A DNA stretch of 64,000 nucleotides from a bacterium. GTDB taxonomy: Bacteria > Synergistota > GBS-1. The stretch's first letter is position 1; each line of letters opens with the position of its first letter. The notes beneath the pieces are model-generated. The model made no database searches. It was not told where the DNA came from and saw only the letters and a program-made list of their open reading frames with translations. This document shows positions 37,691 to 46,460 of the stretch, piece after piece. The position numbers and the translations under genes were made by a program. The stretch covers positions 216,896-280,895 of the forward strand of contig JASKLF010000001.1 of assembly GCA_030153785.1 (NCBI GenBank). Direction: 5' to 3'.

Positions 37691-39583
37691 CTACCTCACC
37701 TTGCTTCCAGGATCTACATCCTTTTCAGGTCTTAGTATCACTGGCTTGCCTTCACTATCTATCGCAGCAAGAAGCATGCCTTGAGACATAATACCTCTTA
37801 TCTTGGCTGGTTCAAGGTTCGCTATTACGACAATCTCCTTTCCCACAAGATCTTCAGGTGAGTAAACCTCAGCTATTCCTGCAATTATTGTTCTTCTCTC
37901 ATCTCCAATATCTATTTCGAGCTTAAGAAGCTTATCAGTTTTAGGAACCCTCTCAGCGGAAAGAACCTTGGCCACTCTTAAATCCAGCTTCCTAAATTCA
38001 TCAATGCTTACGTATTCCACCTTACCCTCCTCCTTTTTGTTATCTGGCTTTGCCTTCTCTTTCTCTATCCTTGGAAACAGTATTTCTCCAGACTTGACGC
38101 TGATACCCTTAGGGAAGTTTCCCCACTCAAGCGAAGAGAAACCGACATCTTCAGGTCTTCCTTCTAAGCCAAGCATACTCCACGCCTTGTGACAACTCTC
38201 CGGTATAAAGGGGGTTAGCATTAAAACTAAAAACCTTAACCCTTCAAGAAGGGTGTAAAGCACCCGAGAAAGCCTTTCCATTTTACCCTCTTTAGCAAGA
38301 ACCCACGGAGCAGTTTCATCAATATATTTATTTAGGCGAGACGAAAAGCCGATTATCTCTTTTAAGGCTTTGTCGAATCCAAATTCGTTCATATACTCCC
38401 TTGCTTTCTTAAAAGTTTCCTGAGCAAGACTTGCTATTTCCCTATCTATAGCCTCCTCCACGCCTGGATCGGGAACTAACCCACCAAAAAACTTCTCAAC
38501 CATCGCCAACGTTCTGTTAAGCAGGTTGCCAAAATTATCAGCAAGCTCAGCATTGACCCTGTTTATAAAAGCCTCACGAGAAAAATCCCCATCAAGGCCG
38601 AAAGGCACTTCCCTAAGCAAAAAGTAGCGGAAAGAATCAACGCCGTATTTATCCACTACCTCGTTGGGGTCTACCACATTGCCTTTAGACTTCGACATCT
38701 TTTCTCCCTCGACAGTCCACCACCCATGAGCAAAGACCATTTTCGGCGGATTAAGTCCTAAAGCCATGAGCATCGCAGGCCATATAACCGCATGAAACCT
38801 TAGAATGTCCTTACCAACGAGATGGTGAACTACAGGCCAGTATTTACTGAATTTTTCTTCATCCTGAAGATAACCTGCAACCGTGAGATAGTTTATAAGG
38901 GCGTCAAACCACACATATATCACGTGAGAAGGATCGGCAGGAAAAGGTATTCCCCACTTGACGGTGGTCCTTGTAACGCTAATGTCTTTTAAACCCATCT
39001 TTATAAAGCTATAAACCTCGTTAAAGCGAGATTCTGGTCTAACACAATCAGGATTTTTCTCCATGTGCTCAAGAAGCCTATCCTGATATTTAGACAGCCT
39101 AAAGAAATAGGTTTCCTCACTTACCCTCTCTACTCCTCTTCCACAATCGGGGCATCTCATTCCATCAAGAAGCTGAGACTCACTCCAGAAGGTTTCACAA
39201 AAAACACAATACCAACCCTCATATATCCCCTTGTAGATATCGCCCGTTTCTATTATGCGCTTGAAAACTTCTTGAACTACCTTTTCATGCCTCTCTTCCG
39301 TTGTCCTTATAAAGTCATCATAAGATATATTTAATTTAACCCATAGATTCTTAAAGTTTTCCACCACTCTATCGGCAAGCTCTTTGGGATGCAATCCCTG
39401 GCTTTCGGCAGCTCTATGTATTTTCTGCCCATGCTCGTCGGTTCCCGTGCAGAAAAGGACATCATAACCCTCCATCCTTTTCCAGCGCGCCATAACATCA
39501 GCGGCAATGGTAGTATAGGCATGACCTATATGAGGAACATCATTAACATAATAAATTGGAGTTGTTATATAAAACCTCTTCAA
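37691..39583 (-). CDS. metG: Methionine--tRNA ligase with C-terminal tRNA-binding domain
   Basis: YITTPIYYVN..PHIGH, KMSKS and YVWFDAL motifs. Confidence 0.98.
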   Translation of the reverse strand: MKRFYITTPIYYVNDVPHIGHAYTTIAADVMARWKRMEGYDVLFCTGTDEHGQKIHRAAESQGLHPKELADRVVENFKNLWVKLNISYDDFIRTTEERHEKVVQEVFKRIIETGDIYKGIYEGWYCVFCETFWSESQLLDGMRCPDCGRGVERVSEETYFFRLSKYQDRLLEHMEKNPDCVRPESRFNEVYSFIKMGLKDISVTRTTVKWGIPFPADPSHVIYVWFDALINYLTVAGYLQDEEKFSKYWPVVHHLVGKDILRFHAVIWPAMLMALGLNPPKMVFAHGWWTVEGEKMSKSKGNVVDPNEVVDKYGVDSFRYFLLREVPFGLDGDFSREAFINRVNAELADNFGNLLNRTLAMVEKFFGGLVPDPGVEEAIDREIASLAQETFKKAREYMNEFGFDKALKEIIGFSSRLNKYIDETAPWVLAKEGKMERLSRVLYTLLEGLRFLVLMLTPFIPESCHKAWSMLGLEGRPEDVGFSSLEWGNFPKGISVKSGEILFPRIEKEKAKPDNKKEEGKVEYVSIDEFRKLDLRVAKVLSAERVPKTDKLLKLEIDIGDERRTIIAGIAEVYSPEDLVGKEIVVIANLEPAKIRGIMSQGMLLAAIDSEGKPVILRPEKDVDPGSKVR

Positions 39584-40413
39584 GATTTATCCCCTCCTTT
39601 CAAATCCAAAACAAGCTTGTATAGGCTTTTTTTGGAAAGTTTAAGTTCCTCACGGAGCTTTTTCACAATATCTCGGGGAGATAAACCTTCCTCAAGGAGA
39701 GAGCGTATCTTTTCCTCAACGTTTTTTCCCTCTTCGCCCTCTTCAACCTCCTCTTTTCCCGCTACTACTATCACAATCTCCCCCTTTACCTCCTCAGTCT
39801 TCTTCAGGATTTCAGATACTCTACCCCTTATAGTTTCCTCGTGTATCTTGCTTATCTCTCGAACCAAGGAGGCCTTTCTATCTCCTAATACTTCAAGTAT
39901 ATCACACAAGCTCTCATATACCCTGTGAGGAGATTCATAAAATACCAAGGTGAAGGGAAGTTCCTTCAGAAAATCAAGAACCTTTCTTCTTTTACTCCGC
40001 TGAGAAGGAAGAAAACCAAAAAACAAGAAAGGATGGGGGGTTAATCCTGAAAGAAGCAAGGCAGGAACAAAAGCAGTAGGTCCTGGAAGCACTTCCACTT
40101 TAAATCCTTCTTCTATACAAAGTTTTATAGCCTCAGCACCGGTATCAGATATGCCCGGCGTTCCAGCATCACTTACTATGGAAACACTTTTACCTTCTGA
40201 AAGAAACTTCCTAAGAAGAGGAATTCTCTTTTTCCAGTTAACCTTGTTATAGCTATAAAGCCTCTTTCCCTTTATATCGTATTTATCAAGCAATATCTTG
40301 GTTCTTCTCGTGTCCTCAGCAAATATAAAATCACATTCTTTAAGAATCCTTAGAACTCTTAAAGTTACATCCTCAAGATTACCTATCGGGGTAGGGCATA
40401 TATAGAGGGGCAA
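39580..40413 (-). CDS. rsmI: 16S rRNA (cytidine1402-2'-O)-methyltransferase
   Basis: TPIGNLED.T.R, AEDTR, SDAGTPGISD, YESPHR and REISK.HEE motifs. Confidence 0.96.
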   Translation of the reverse strand: MPLYICPTPIGNLEDVTLRVLRILKECDFIFAEDTRRTKILLDKYDIKGKRLYSYNKVNWKKRIPLLRKFLSEGKSVSIVSDAGTPGISDTGAEAIKLCIEEGFKVEVLPGPTAFVPALLLSGLTPHPFLFFGFLPSQRSKRRKVLDFLKELPFTLVFYESPHRVYESLCDILEVLGDRKASLVREISKIHEETIRGRVSEILKKTEEVKGEIVIVVAGKEEVEEGEEGKNVEEKIRSLLEEGLSPRDIVKKLREELKLSKKSLYKLVLDLKGGDKS

Positions 40414-41142
40414 TTATATCGCCCCCATATAAGCCCTTTTCAGCTCTTCCGTATAGCTTCCATCATCATTATAAAGCACGAAAGGAGAAGCAACTCTTAA
40501 GGAAGGAGAACCATCTCTAACACCCTTAACCAATACAAACTCCGCATCCTCGTTCAGCTTGGAGTGAACAAACCTAATCTCCTTAGGCTCTATCTTATAC
40601 CTTCTCATATGAAACAAGAGCTCTACAAGCCTGAAAGGTCTATATATTAGGTAAAGTCTCCCCCCCGTAGACAGAAGATACTTTGAAGCCTTTAAGAAAT
40701 CCTCAAGCGTACAGGCTTTTTCAGCATAGGCTATTAATTTCATTCTATCCGATGGTAGTCTTCCCCCATCCAGCGGTATATAAGGAGGATTCCCCAGGAC
40801 TACGGAAAAGGAGGCGGGAGGAAAAATCTCTTCTATCTTCCTCAAATCTCCCTGGAGTATCTCTATCCTATCGGAGAAGCCATTTACCTCAGCATTCTTC
40901 CTAGCGATCTCCACAAGCTCGGGTTGTATCTCAACACCAAAAAGTTTTATATTCGGAACTTTCAAGGCAATCAAAAGAAGAATTATACCTGTTCCTGTTC
41001 CCAGCTCTACAACCCTATCTTTAGGACGCAAAGTCAAAAAGTCGGAAAGGAGCAACGTCTCAACCCCAAATCTTGGTCCTTCTAAAGGCTGATAAAGTCT
41101 AAGCTTTCCCCTCAGTATATCGTCAAAAGAGCAACCCCTCAT
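40414..41142 (-). CDS. tRNA1(Val) A37 N6-methyltransferase (TrmN6/YabB-like)
   Basis: ELGTGTG and NPPY motifs; conserved position upstream of rsmI. Confidence 0.88.
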   Translation of the reverse strand: MRGCSFDDILRGKLRLYQPLEGPRFGVETLLLSDFLTLRPKDRVVELGTGTGIILLLIALKVPNIKLFGVEIQPELVEIARKNAEVNGFSDRIEILQGDLRKIEEIFPPASFSVVLGNPPYIPLDGGRLPSDRMKLIAYAEKACTLEDFLKASKYLLSTGGRLYLIYRPFRLVELLFHMRRYKIEPKEIRFVHSKLNEDAEFVLVKGVRDGSPSLRVASPFVLYNDDGSYTEELKRAYMGAI

Positions 41143-41720
41143 TTTTTAGACTTAGCCCCTCTTATTTCCTCCCTAAGAAACTCTAACAAGTCTTTCAGTA
41201 CCTTATCCTTCCTCTCCATCAAAATCATTGAAAGCTTTTCCCTTAAACGAGCCTCCAAACCTGAAGGATCAGAACCATACTTATTGATAGCTATATCTAA
41301 AAGACGGACAATTTTATAAAACCCGGAAAGGCTAATCTCTTTAAGGATTAACCTCTTTACTATTTCCGTAGAACCCTCCAGCGAAAAGTTCAGCGAAAGT
41401 AAATTTCCTAAACCCTCAATGAAGCCCCTTACCTCTCTTCCAGATAGCCTCCAGAGAAGGGAGCTTTTGACTATCTCCTTCAAGGATTCAATTAAGGGAG
41501 TTTCTTCCAGATTCCTCTTCATCAACTTGTTTAATAGTGCCTTAAGTCCATTATCAACTCCCTCATAGAAGTCCCTTTTAGCCTTCGCAGAAAAAGTAGA
41601 AGTCTCAAGTATTTTCTTTGTATAGGTTAAAACATCATCATAAACCCTGCTTCCCTCCAAGGAATACGCGCTTGAAGAAAGAAAGGGAAACAAGAGGACT
41701 AAAAGAAGAAGCTTTTTCAG
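41139..41720 (-). CDS. Hypothetical exported protein, probable CTG start
   Basis: GGAGGTG SD 7 nt before in-frame CTG 41720, giving the signal peptide MKKLLLLVLLFPFLSSSAYS. Confidence 0.65.
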   Translation of the reverse strand: MKKLLLLVLLFPFLSSSAYSLEGSRVYDDVLTYTKKILETSTFSAKAKRDFYEGVDNGLKALLNKLMKRNLEETPLIESLKEIVKSSLLWRLSGREVRGFIEGLGNLLSLNFSLEGSTEIVKRLILKEISLSGFYKIVRLLDIAINKYGSDPSGLEARLREKLSMILMERKDKVLKDLLEFLREEIRGAKSKK

Positions 41721-42378
41721 CCATCTTCACCTCCCTTGAGTAGGATATAAGCAAGATATACCCTAAGGCAACAGAGAAAGCCACATCTGAAAAGAAATGA
41801 TTATGGGTCTCTAATCTATTGTAAGCCACGATAGCGATGATTATCAGGGAAAGTAGCTTCATCCAGCCACCCAATCTCATCCCAATCCAGCCAAACAAGG
41901 AGGTTGCAAAAAACATATGTCCCGAAGGGAAGCTTTGAAAACCGTTTTTAAATATCGAATCGGGAAAGTTGAAAAATGAAAACTCACCAAGCCCCATATA
42001 AGGGCGCGCCCTACCAAACCCCATTTTAAAAAGGTTACCTAAAACCAAAATCAAGACCACGATACAGATAAGCTCAAGCAAAAAATCCCTAAGATAATCC
42101 AACTTCAAAGCCACAGAAAGACAAAAGAGAAATAACACTATCGGCATTACGATATCTGCATCTCCCATAGTGTTTCCCAATTTAGAAACGTAAGACCAAA
42201 AACCCTTAGCACGTGCAACGGAAACAAATAGATCCAAAGGAATAAGCGAAAAAGACAGTAAAAGCAACATCCATAAACGGCTATCCGTTAAAGAGTGGAA
42301 GAAAAGGCTTATTTTGTTTTCTCTCCAGCCATTATACAAAGCACAAGCCAAAAGGATAAAAAACAAAAGCTTATACAT
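41638..42378 (-). CDS. PAP2 family membrane phosphatase
   Basis: KxxxGRxRP, SFPSGH and R.....HF.SD motifs. Confidence 0.9.
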   Translation of the reverse strand: MYKLLFFILLACALYNGWRENKISLFFHSLTDSRLWMLLLLSFSLIPLDLFVSVARAKGFWSYVSKLGNTMGDADIVMPIVLFLFCLSVALKLDYLRDFLLELICIVVLILVLGNLFKMGFGRARPYMGLGEFSFFNFPDSIFKNGFQSFPSGHMFFATSLFGWIGMRLGGWMKLLSLIIIAIVAYNRLETHNHFFSDVAFSVALGYILLISYSREVKMAEKASSFSPLVSLSFFKRVFLGGKQGL

Positions 42379-42388
42379 AATTAAATAA

Positions 42389-42407
42389 GGGGAGCCTTGG
42401 GCTCCCC
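42389..42407 (-). terminator. Intrinsic terminator after hup
   Basis: GGGGAGCC-ttg-GGCTCCCC followed by TTATTT on the minus strand. Confidence 0.65.
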
Positions 42408-42428
42408 AAATGCCTTATAAAAGCCATC

Positions 42429-42707
42429 TTACTTGCCCATAACCTTCGTCTTAAGCTCTTTGCCCACTCTGAAAACAGGAACTTTGCGAGGCGGAATCTT
42501 AATTTCCTCGCCAGTTCTTGGATTTCTACCTACCCTTTCAGCTCTTTCCTTAACCTCGAAAATTCCAAAACCTGCGATTTGAACCTTTTCTCCTTTAGAC
42601 AAGGCATCCATTATCGTTTCAAAAAGGGTATTAACAAGCAAAGCCGTATCCTTCTTGGTCATCCCTGTCTTTTCCGCTACTTCCCTTACCAGTTCTGCTT
42701 TCGTCAA
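42429..42707 (-). CDS. hup: DNA-binding protein HU
   Basis: TKAELV, GFG.FEV..RA.R.GRNP.TGE.I; TTG start after GGAGGTG. Confidence 0.96.
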   Translation of the reverse strand: MTKAELVREVAEKTGMTKKDTALLVNTLFETIMDALSKGEKVQIAGFGIFEVKERAERVGRNPRTGEEIKIPPRKVPVFRVGKELKTKVMGK

Positions 42708-42893
42708 AACCCTCACCTCCCAAGTTTTTTACATATTATAAGCAAAGACTCTTAGAATATCAATAGGTTTCTCGAGAACCTTTAAAAAAATTGATAAAAA
42801 ACAACCTACTCATATCGAAGATAACGAAGCGATATGATAAAATTGTTAAGGAAACAAGACGGAACTAAGTTTATTTAAAAGGGAGGTGTAATC

Positions 42894-43250
42894 ATGGCAG
42901 AACAATATCACGAGCCCGTAGATGAGCTCACGTCAAAGGATAGGGACTTTACAAGAGCACTTGTAAGTTTGAAAGAGGAAATCGAAGCAATAATGTGGTA
43001 TCAACAGAGAGCTTCCGCCACAAAAGACCAAGCCATAAGGGAGGTTCTTGAGCACAACAGAGATGAGGAAATGGAACACGCAGCCATGCTTCTTGAATGG
43101 CTTAGAAGGAATATGCCCGGTTGGGATAAAGCATTGAGAACCTACCTCTTCACCAGTGAACCGCTAACCCAGATAGAGGAAGAAGCTATGGGCGGAGAAG
43201 AATCCTCAAGCGGGGGAGATCTTGGCTTGAGAAAGATAAAAAGGGGGTGA
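42894..43250 (+). CDS. Encapsulin-associated ferritin-like protein (EncFtn/Flp)
   Basis: YHEP..EL, SLKEEIEA..WY.QR and HNRDEE.EHAAM.LEW.RR motifs; C-terminal cargo-loading peptide GGDLGLRK. Confidence 0.96.
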   Translation: MAEQYHEPVDELTSKDRDFTRALVSLKEEIEAIMWYQQRASATKDQAIREVLEHNRDEEMEHAAMLLEWLRRNMPGWDKALRTYLFTSEPLTQIEEEAMGGEESSSGGDLGLRKIKRG

Positions 43251-43256
43251 AAGTTA

Positions 43257-44054
43257 ATGGATTTCCTAAGAAGGAACATATCTCCTCTTACCGCTAAACA
43301 GTGGGAAGAAATAGATAAAAGAGCCAAGGAAGTATTCTCAACGCAATTACATGGAAGAGCAGTGGTAGATGTTGTTGGACCTTTCGGTTGGGAATATGCT
43401 GCCCATCCCACAGGAGAGATAGAGCTACTTTCAAAGGAAGATGACGCTGTAAAATTCGGATTGAGAAAGGCTTTGCCTTTGGTAGAGCTAAAAAGCTACT
43501 TTTATCTTGACCTTAATGAGCTCGACAAGCTGGAGAGAGGACAGCCTGCTATAGACCTTTCGGCATTAGAGGAAGCAGTAAGAAACGTGGCAGTTTTTGA
43601 AGATGGAGCGATATTCGAAGGCTGTGAGCAATCTGGAATAAAAGGCTTCTTAGCTTACAAAGAAGAAAGAAGCATCCCTTCCTCCACCACAGAGGAAGAA
43701 TTCTTGGAAAGTCTCTACAAAGCGATGGCCAACTTTAGCCTCAACGGCATTAGCGGTCCCTATACCCTTGTTATAAACATAGACAAGTGGGTAGAAATTG
43801 TAAAGGCAAGTAAGCACTATCCTATACATAAGAAGGTAGAAGATATATTGAAAGGCGGTAAAGTCCTACTTACACCACGCATAAGCGACGGCCTTTTGGT
43901 TTCCGAAAGGGGCGGAGATTTCGAACTTATATTAGGTCAAGACCTATCTATAGGCTACGAAGCTACCGAAGGCTCAAAGGTAAAGCTGTTCATCACTGAA
44001 ACCTTCACCTTCCGAATAATTACCCCTGAAGCTCTTATCCACCTGAAGTTTTAA
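43257..44054 (+). CDS. Family 1 encapsulin shell protein (Linocin_M18/maritimacin type)
   Basis: 265 aa; FL.R..APL...W..ID-like start, [23 protein letters not shown] and ETFTF motifs. Confidence 0.96.
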   Translation: MDFLRRNISPLTAKQWEEIDKRAKEVFSTQLHGRAVVDVVGPFGWEYAAHPTGEIELLSKEDDAVKFGLRKALPLVELKSYFYLDLNELDKLERGQPAIDLSALEEAVRNVAVFEDGAIFEGCEQSGIKGFLAYKEERSIPSSTTEEEFLESLYKAMANFSLNGISGPYTLVINIDKWVEIVKASKHYPIHKKVEDILKGGKVLLTPRISDGLLVSERGGDFELILGQDLSIGYEATEGSKVKLFITETFTFRIITPEALIHLKF

Positions 44055-44064
44055 CTTTTCAAAA

Positions 44065-44094
44065 AAGGGGTAAGCTTCCAAAAGCTTACCCCTT
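44065..44094. terminator. Stem-loop downstream of encapsulin
   Basis: AAGGGGTAAGCTT-ccaa-AAGCTTACCCCTT; weak U-tract on the plus strand. Confidence 0.7.
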
Positions 44095-44116
44095 AAACTT
44101 ATAAGGTGAAAAAAAC

Positions 44117-45601
44117 ATGGGACTCAACGAACTTAAAGAAGAGTTATATAAAATAGCAAGGGTTAAAAGCGCCATATCCTTACTGCAATGGGATTTATCA
44201 ACCTATATGCCCCCAAGAGGAATATCCTGGAGAGCTGAGGTATTGGGAGAGCTAACTGAATACGCCTTCTCGCTATTTACAAGCGAAAAAATGGGAGAGC
44301 TCATCGAGAAGGCTCAGGAAATAGCTGAAACCGAGGAAGACCTGGCGCTGATACGGTTGACGAAAAAGGAGTATGAGAAATACAAAAAAATTCCCAAAAA
44401 GCTGTTTATAGAATTCCAAAAAGAAAGAGCGAGAACGGAGAAGCTCTGGGAGGAAGCAAGAAAGCAAGACGATTTCCTTATCATCCAAGAAGGTTTAAGC
44501 AATATAGTTAAGATGCTAATAGAAATAGCCGATTGTATAGGTTATGAGAAAAACCGCTACGATGCTTTACTCGACGAATATGAACCAGGGTTTAAAACAG
44601 AAAAGCTAAAGGAACTCTGCTCCCCTATGAGGGTGGAACTATCTTCCCTTTTAGAGAAGATAGAACCCTCTCACTCCAGAATCAAAGCTCTGCCAGAGAT
44701 ATGTAAAGGACCTTTCCCCATAAATAAACAAAAAGAGTTATGCCATAAAGTGCTAACGCTCTTAGGTTTTGACTTCTCCTCGGGGAGGCTCGATGAATCA
44801 GCACATCCCTTCACGGAAGCTATAGGTATTAACGATGTCAGAATAACCACACGCTACAGCGAAAGGGACTTCTCTCAAGCACTATTTGCAGTTTTACACG
44901 AATGCGGGCACGCCCTTTACGATCTAAACATCCCAAAAGAGTTTTTCGGTCTTCCTATAGGAGAGGGAGCATCCTCCGGCTTTCACGAAAGTCAGGCAAG
45001 ATTTTGGGAAAACTTCATAGGCAGAAGTTTAGGATTTCTCGCGTTTCTAAAGCCCACGCTTGATGAGTTATTCCCATCATTGAAAGAAGTGAAGCCCGAA
45101 GAGTTGTGGCAAAGCCTAAATAAGGTTCAAAGGTCCCTAATAAGGGTCAACTCTGATGAGGTGACCTATAACCTTCACATAATACTTAGATTTGAACTTG
45201 AGGAAGCGCTAATAAACGAAAACCTCCGTGTTTCTGACCTTCCTTGCGCATGGAACGAAAAGGTGGAAGACTACCTTGGGCTGAAACCGAAAAACGTGAA
45301 AGAAGGGGTTTTACAGGATATACATTGGGCAGCAGGGCTATTCGGTTATTTCCCCTCTTATATGTTAGGAAACATATATGCCGGCCAGATATTCTGGAAA
45401 GTTAAGGAAAGTATCCCAGATATGAAAGAAGCAATTTTAAAAGGCAAATTTAACATAATCTCCGACTGGCTTAAAGAGAATATTTACTCCTTTGGAAAAA
45501 TTTATGAACCTTTAGAGCTCATAAGAAAGGTCTCGGGAGAAGAGCTCTCCTATAAGTATCTTTTGGATTATTTAAGGGAAAAATTCTTTTCAATGGGGTG
45601 A
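44117..45601 (+). CDS. Carboxypeptidase, M32 family (Taq type)
   Basis: HPF, DVRITTRY, HECGH, HESQ, LQDIHW and GYFPSY motifs. Confidence 0.96.
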   Translation: MGLNELKEELYKIARVKSAISLLQWDLSTYMPPRGISWRAEVLGELTEYAFSLFTSEKMGELIEKAQEIAETEEDLALIRLTKKEYEKYKKIPKKLFIEFQKERARTEKLWEEARKQDDFLIIQEGLSNIVKMLIEIADCIGYEKNRYDALLDEYEPGFKTEKLKELCSPMRVELSSLLEKIEPSHSRIKALPEICKGPFPINKQKELCHKVLTLLGFDFSSGRLDESAHPFTEAIGINDVRITTRYSERDFSQALFAVLHECGHALYDLNIPKEFFGLPIGEGASSGFHESQARFWENFIGRSLGFLAFLKPTLDELFPSLKEVKPEELWQSLNKVQRSLIRVNSDEVTYNLHIILRFELEEALINENLRVSDLPCAWNEKVEDYLGLKPKNVKEGVLQDIHWAAGLFGYFPSYMLGNIYAGQIFWKVKESIPDMKEAILKGKFNIISDWLKENIYSFGKIYEPLELIRKVSGEELSYKYLLDYLREKFFSMG

Positions 45602-45607
45602 AGGAAA

Positions 45608-46000
45608 ATGAAAGGTATTGGAATCCTCCTTTTGATCACCTTAATAGTCATAAGGGGATTAGAAGGAATGGCGTCAGCAGGGGAAATACCAGAAATGCTA
45701 CCCGAGGAGGCATGGAAACACTTGGGAGAACCAGGTTACATTTTTCTGGACGTTAGAGAACCTCACGAATTTAAGGAAGAACGTATTAAGGGAGCGATAA
45801 ACCTGCCAAAAGGCCTGGTAGCCTCGAAGATAAGTGAGCTTTTTCCAGATAAGGGGAAACAGGTCTTCATAGTTTATTGCCGATCTGGAAGGAGATCCTT
45901 AACCGCCACAAAGACCTTAATAGAGCTCGGTTATAAAGCCTTCAACATGAGAGGTGGAATAATAGCCTGGAAGAAAGCAAATCTTCCAACCGAAAGATAA
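45608..46000 (+). CDS. Rhodanese-like sulfurtransferase with N-terminal hydrophobic/signal segment
   Basis: LDVREP.EF...IKGA, YCRSGRRS and M.GGI.AW motifs. Confidence 0.92.
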   Translation: MKGIGILLLITLIVIRGLEGMASAGEIPEMLPEEAWKHLGEPGYIFLDVREPHEFKEERIKGAINLPKGLVASKISELFPDKGKQVFIVYCRSGRRSLTATKTLIELGYKAFNMRGGIIAWKKANLPTER

Positions 46001-46001
46001 C

Positions 46002-46430
46002 TTCTTATCCGTCTCCTACCTCGCTTATAGGCTCTTCCGTCCCGTTAAGGGGAAAAAGAGCGATAGGGGAAACTTAAAATTAGCCATTCTTTTGGCAATC
46101 CCCATATCAATCCTCGCAGGACTCTTAGGTGTGGGGCCCGGTTTCCTGCTTATGCCATCGCTCATACTTTTAAACTATGAACCAAAGAAAGCTGCCGGCA
46201 TAAACGCTTTTGCCGTTACACCTCCCTCCTTTTCTTCCTTAATTCCCCACTTAGGACACGCAAACTTAGATTTAACCCTGACAATCACGCTGACAGTAAT
46301 CGGCTCTTTAGGAGCCTTCTTGGGAGCGAGGTTAACCAGTCTGCATATACCCAGCTCAACTCTTAAAAAGCTCTTCGGCCTTCTTATAGTAATAATGACG
46401 GCTTACAAGCTATATAGCATGTTATTTTAA
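46002..46430 (+). pseudogene. Truncated sulfite exporter TauE/SafE (TSUP) family; C-terminal half only
   Basis: AGLLGVGPGFLLMP and GAFLGA motifs; the frame reads FLSVSYLAYRLF directly after the rhodanese stop, with no N-terminal half, SD or good start. Confidence 0.75.
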
Positions 46431-46460
46431 GGGAGCAAGTTCAAACCTGCTCCCTTAAAA
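46425..46460. terminator. Symmetric hairpin between convergent genes
   Basis: TTTTAAGGGAGCA-10nt-TGCTCCCTTAAAA; each arm contains one gene's TAA stop. Confidence 0.65.

Noticed and set aside
44117-45601. M32 carboxypeptidase as part of the encapsulin system
   Set aside because: Separated by a strong hairpin, has no cargo-loading peptide, and is a common housekeeping peptidase
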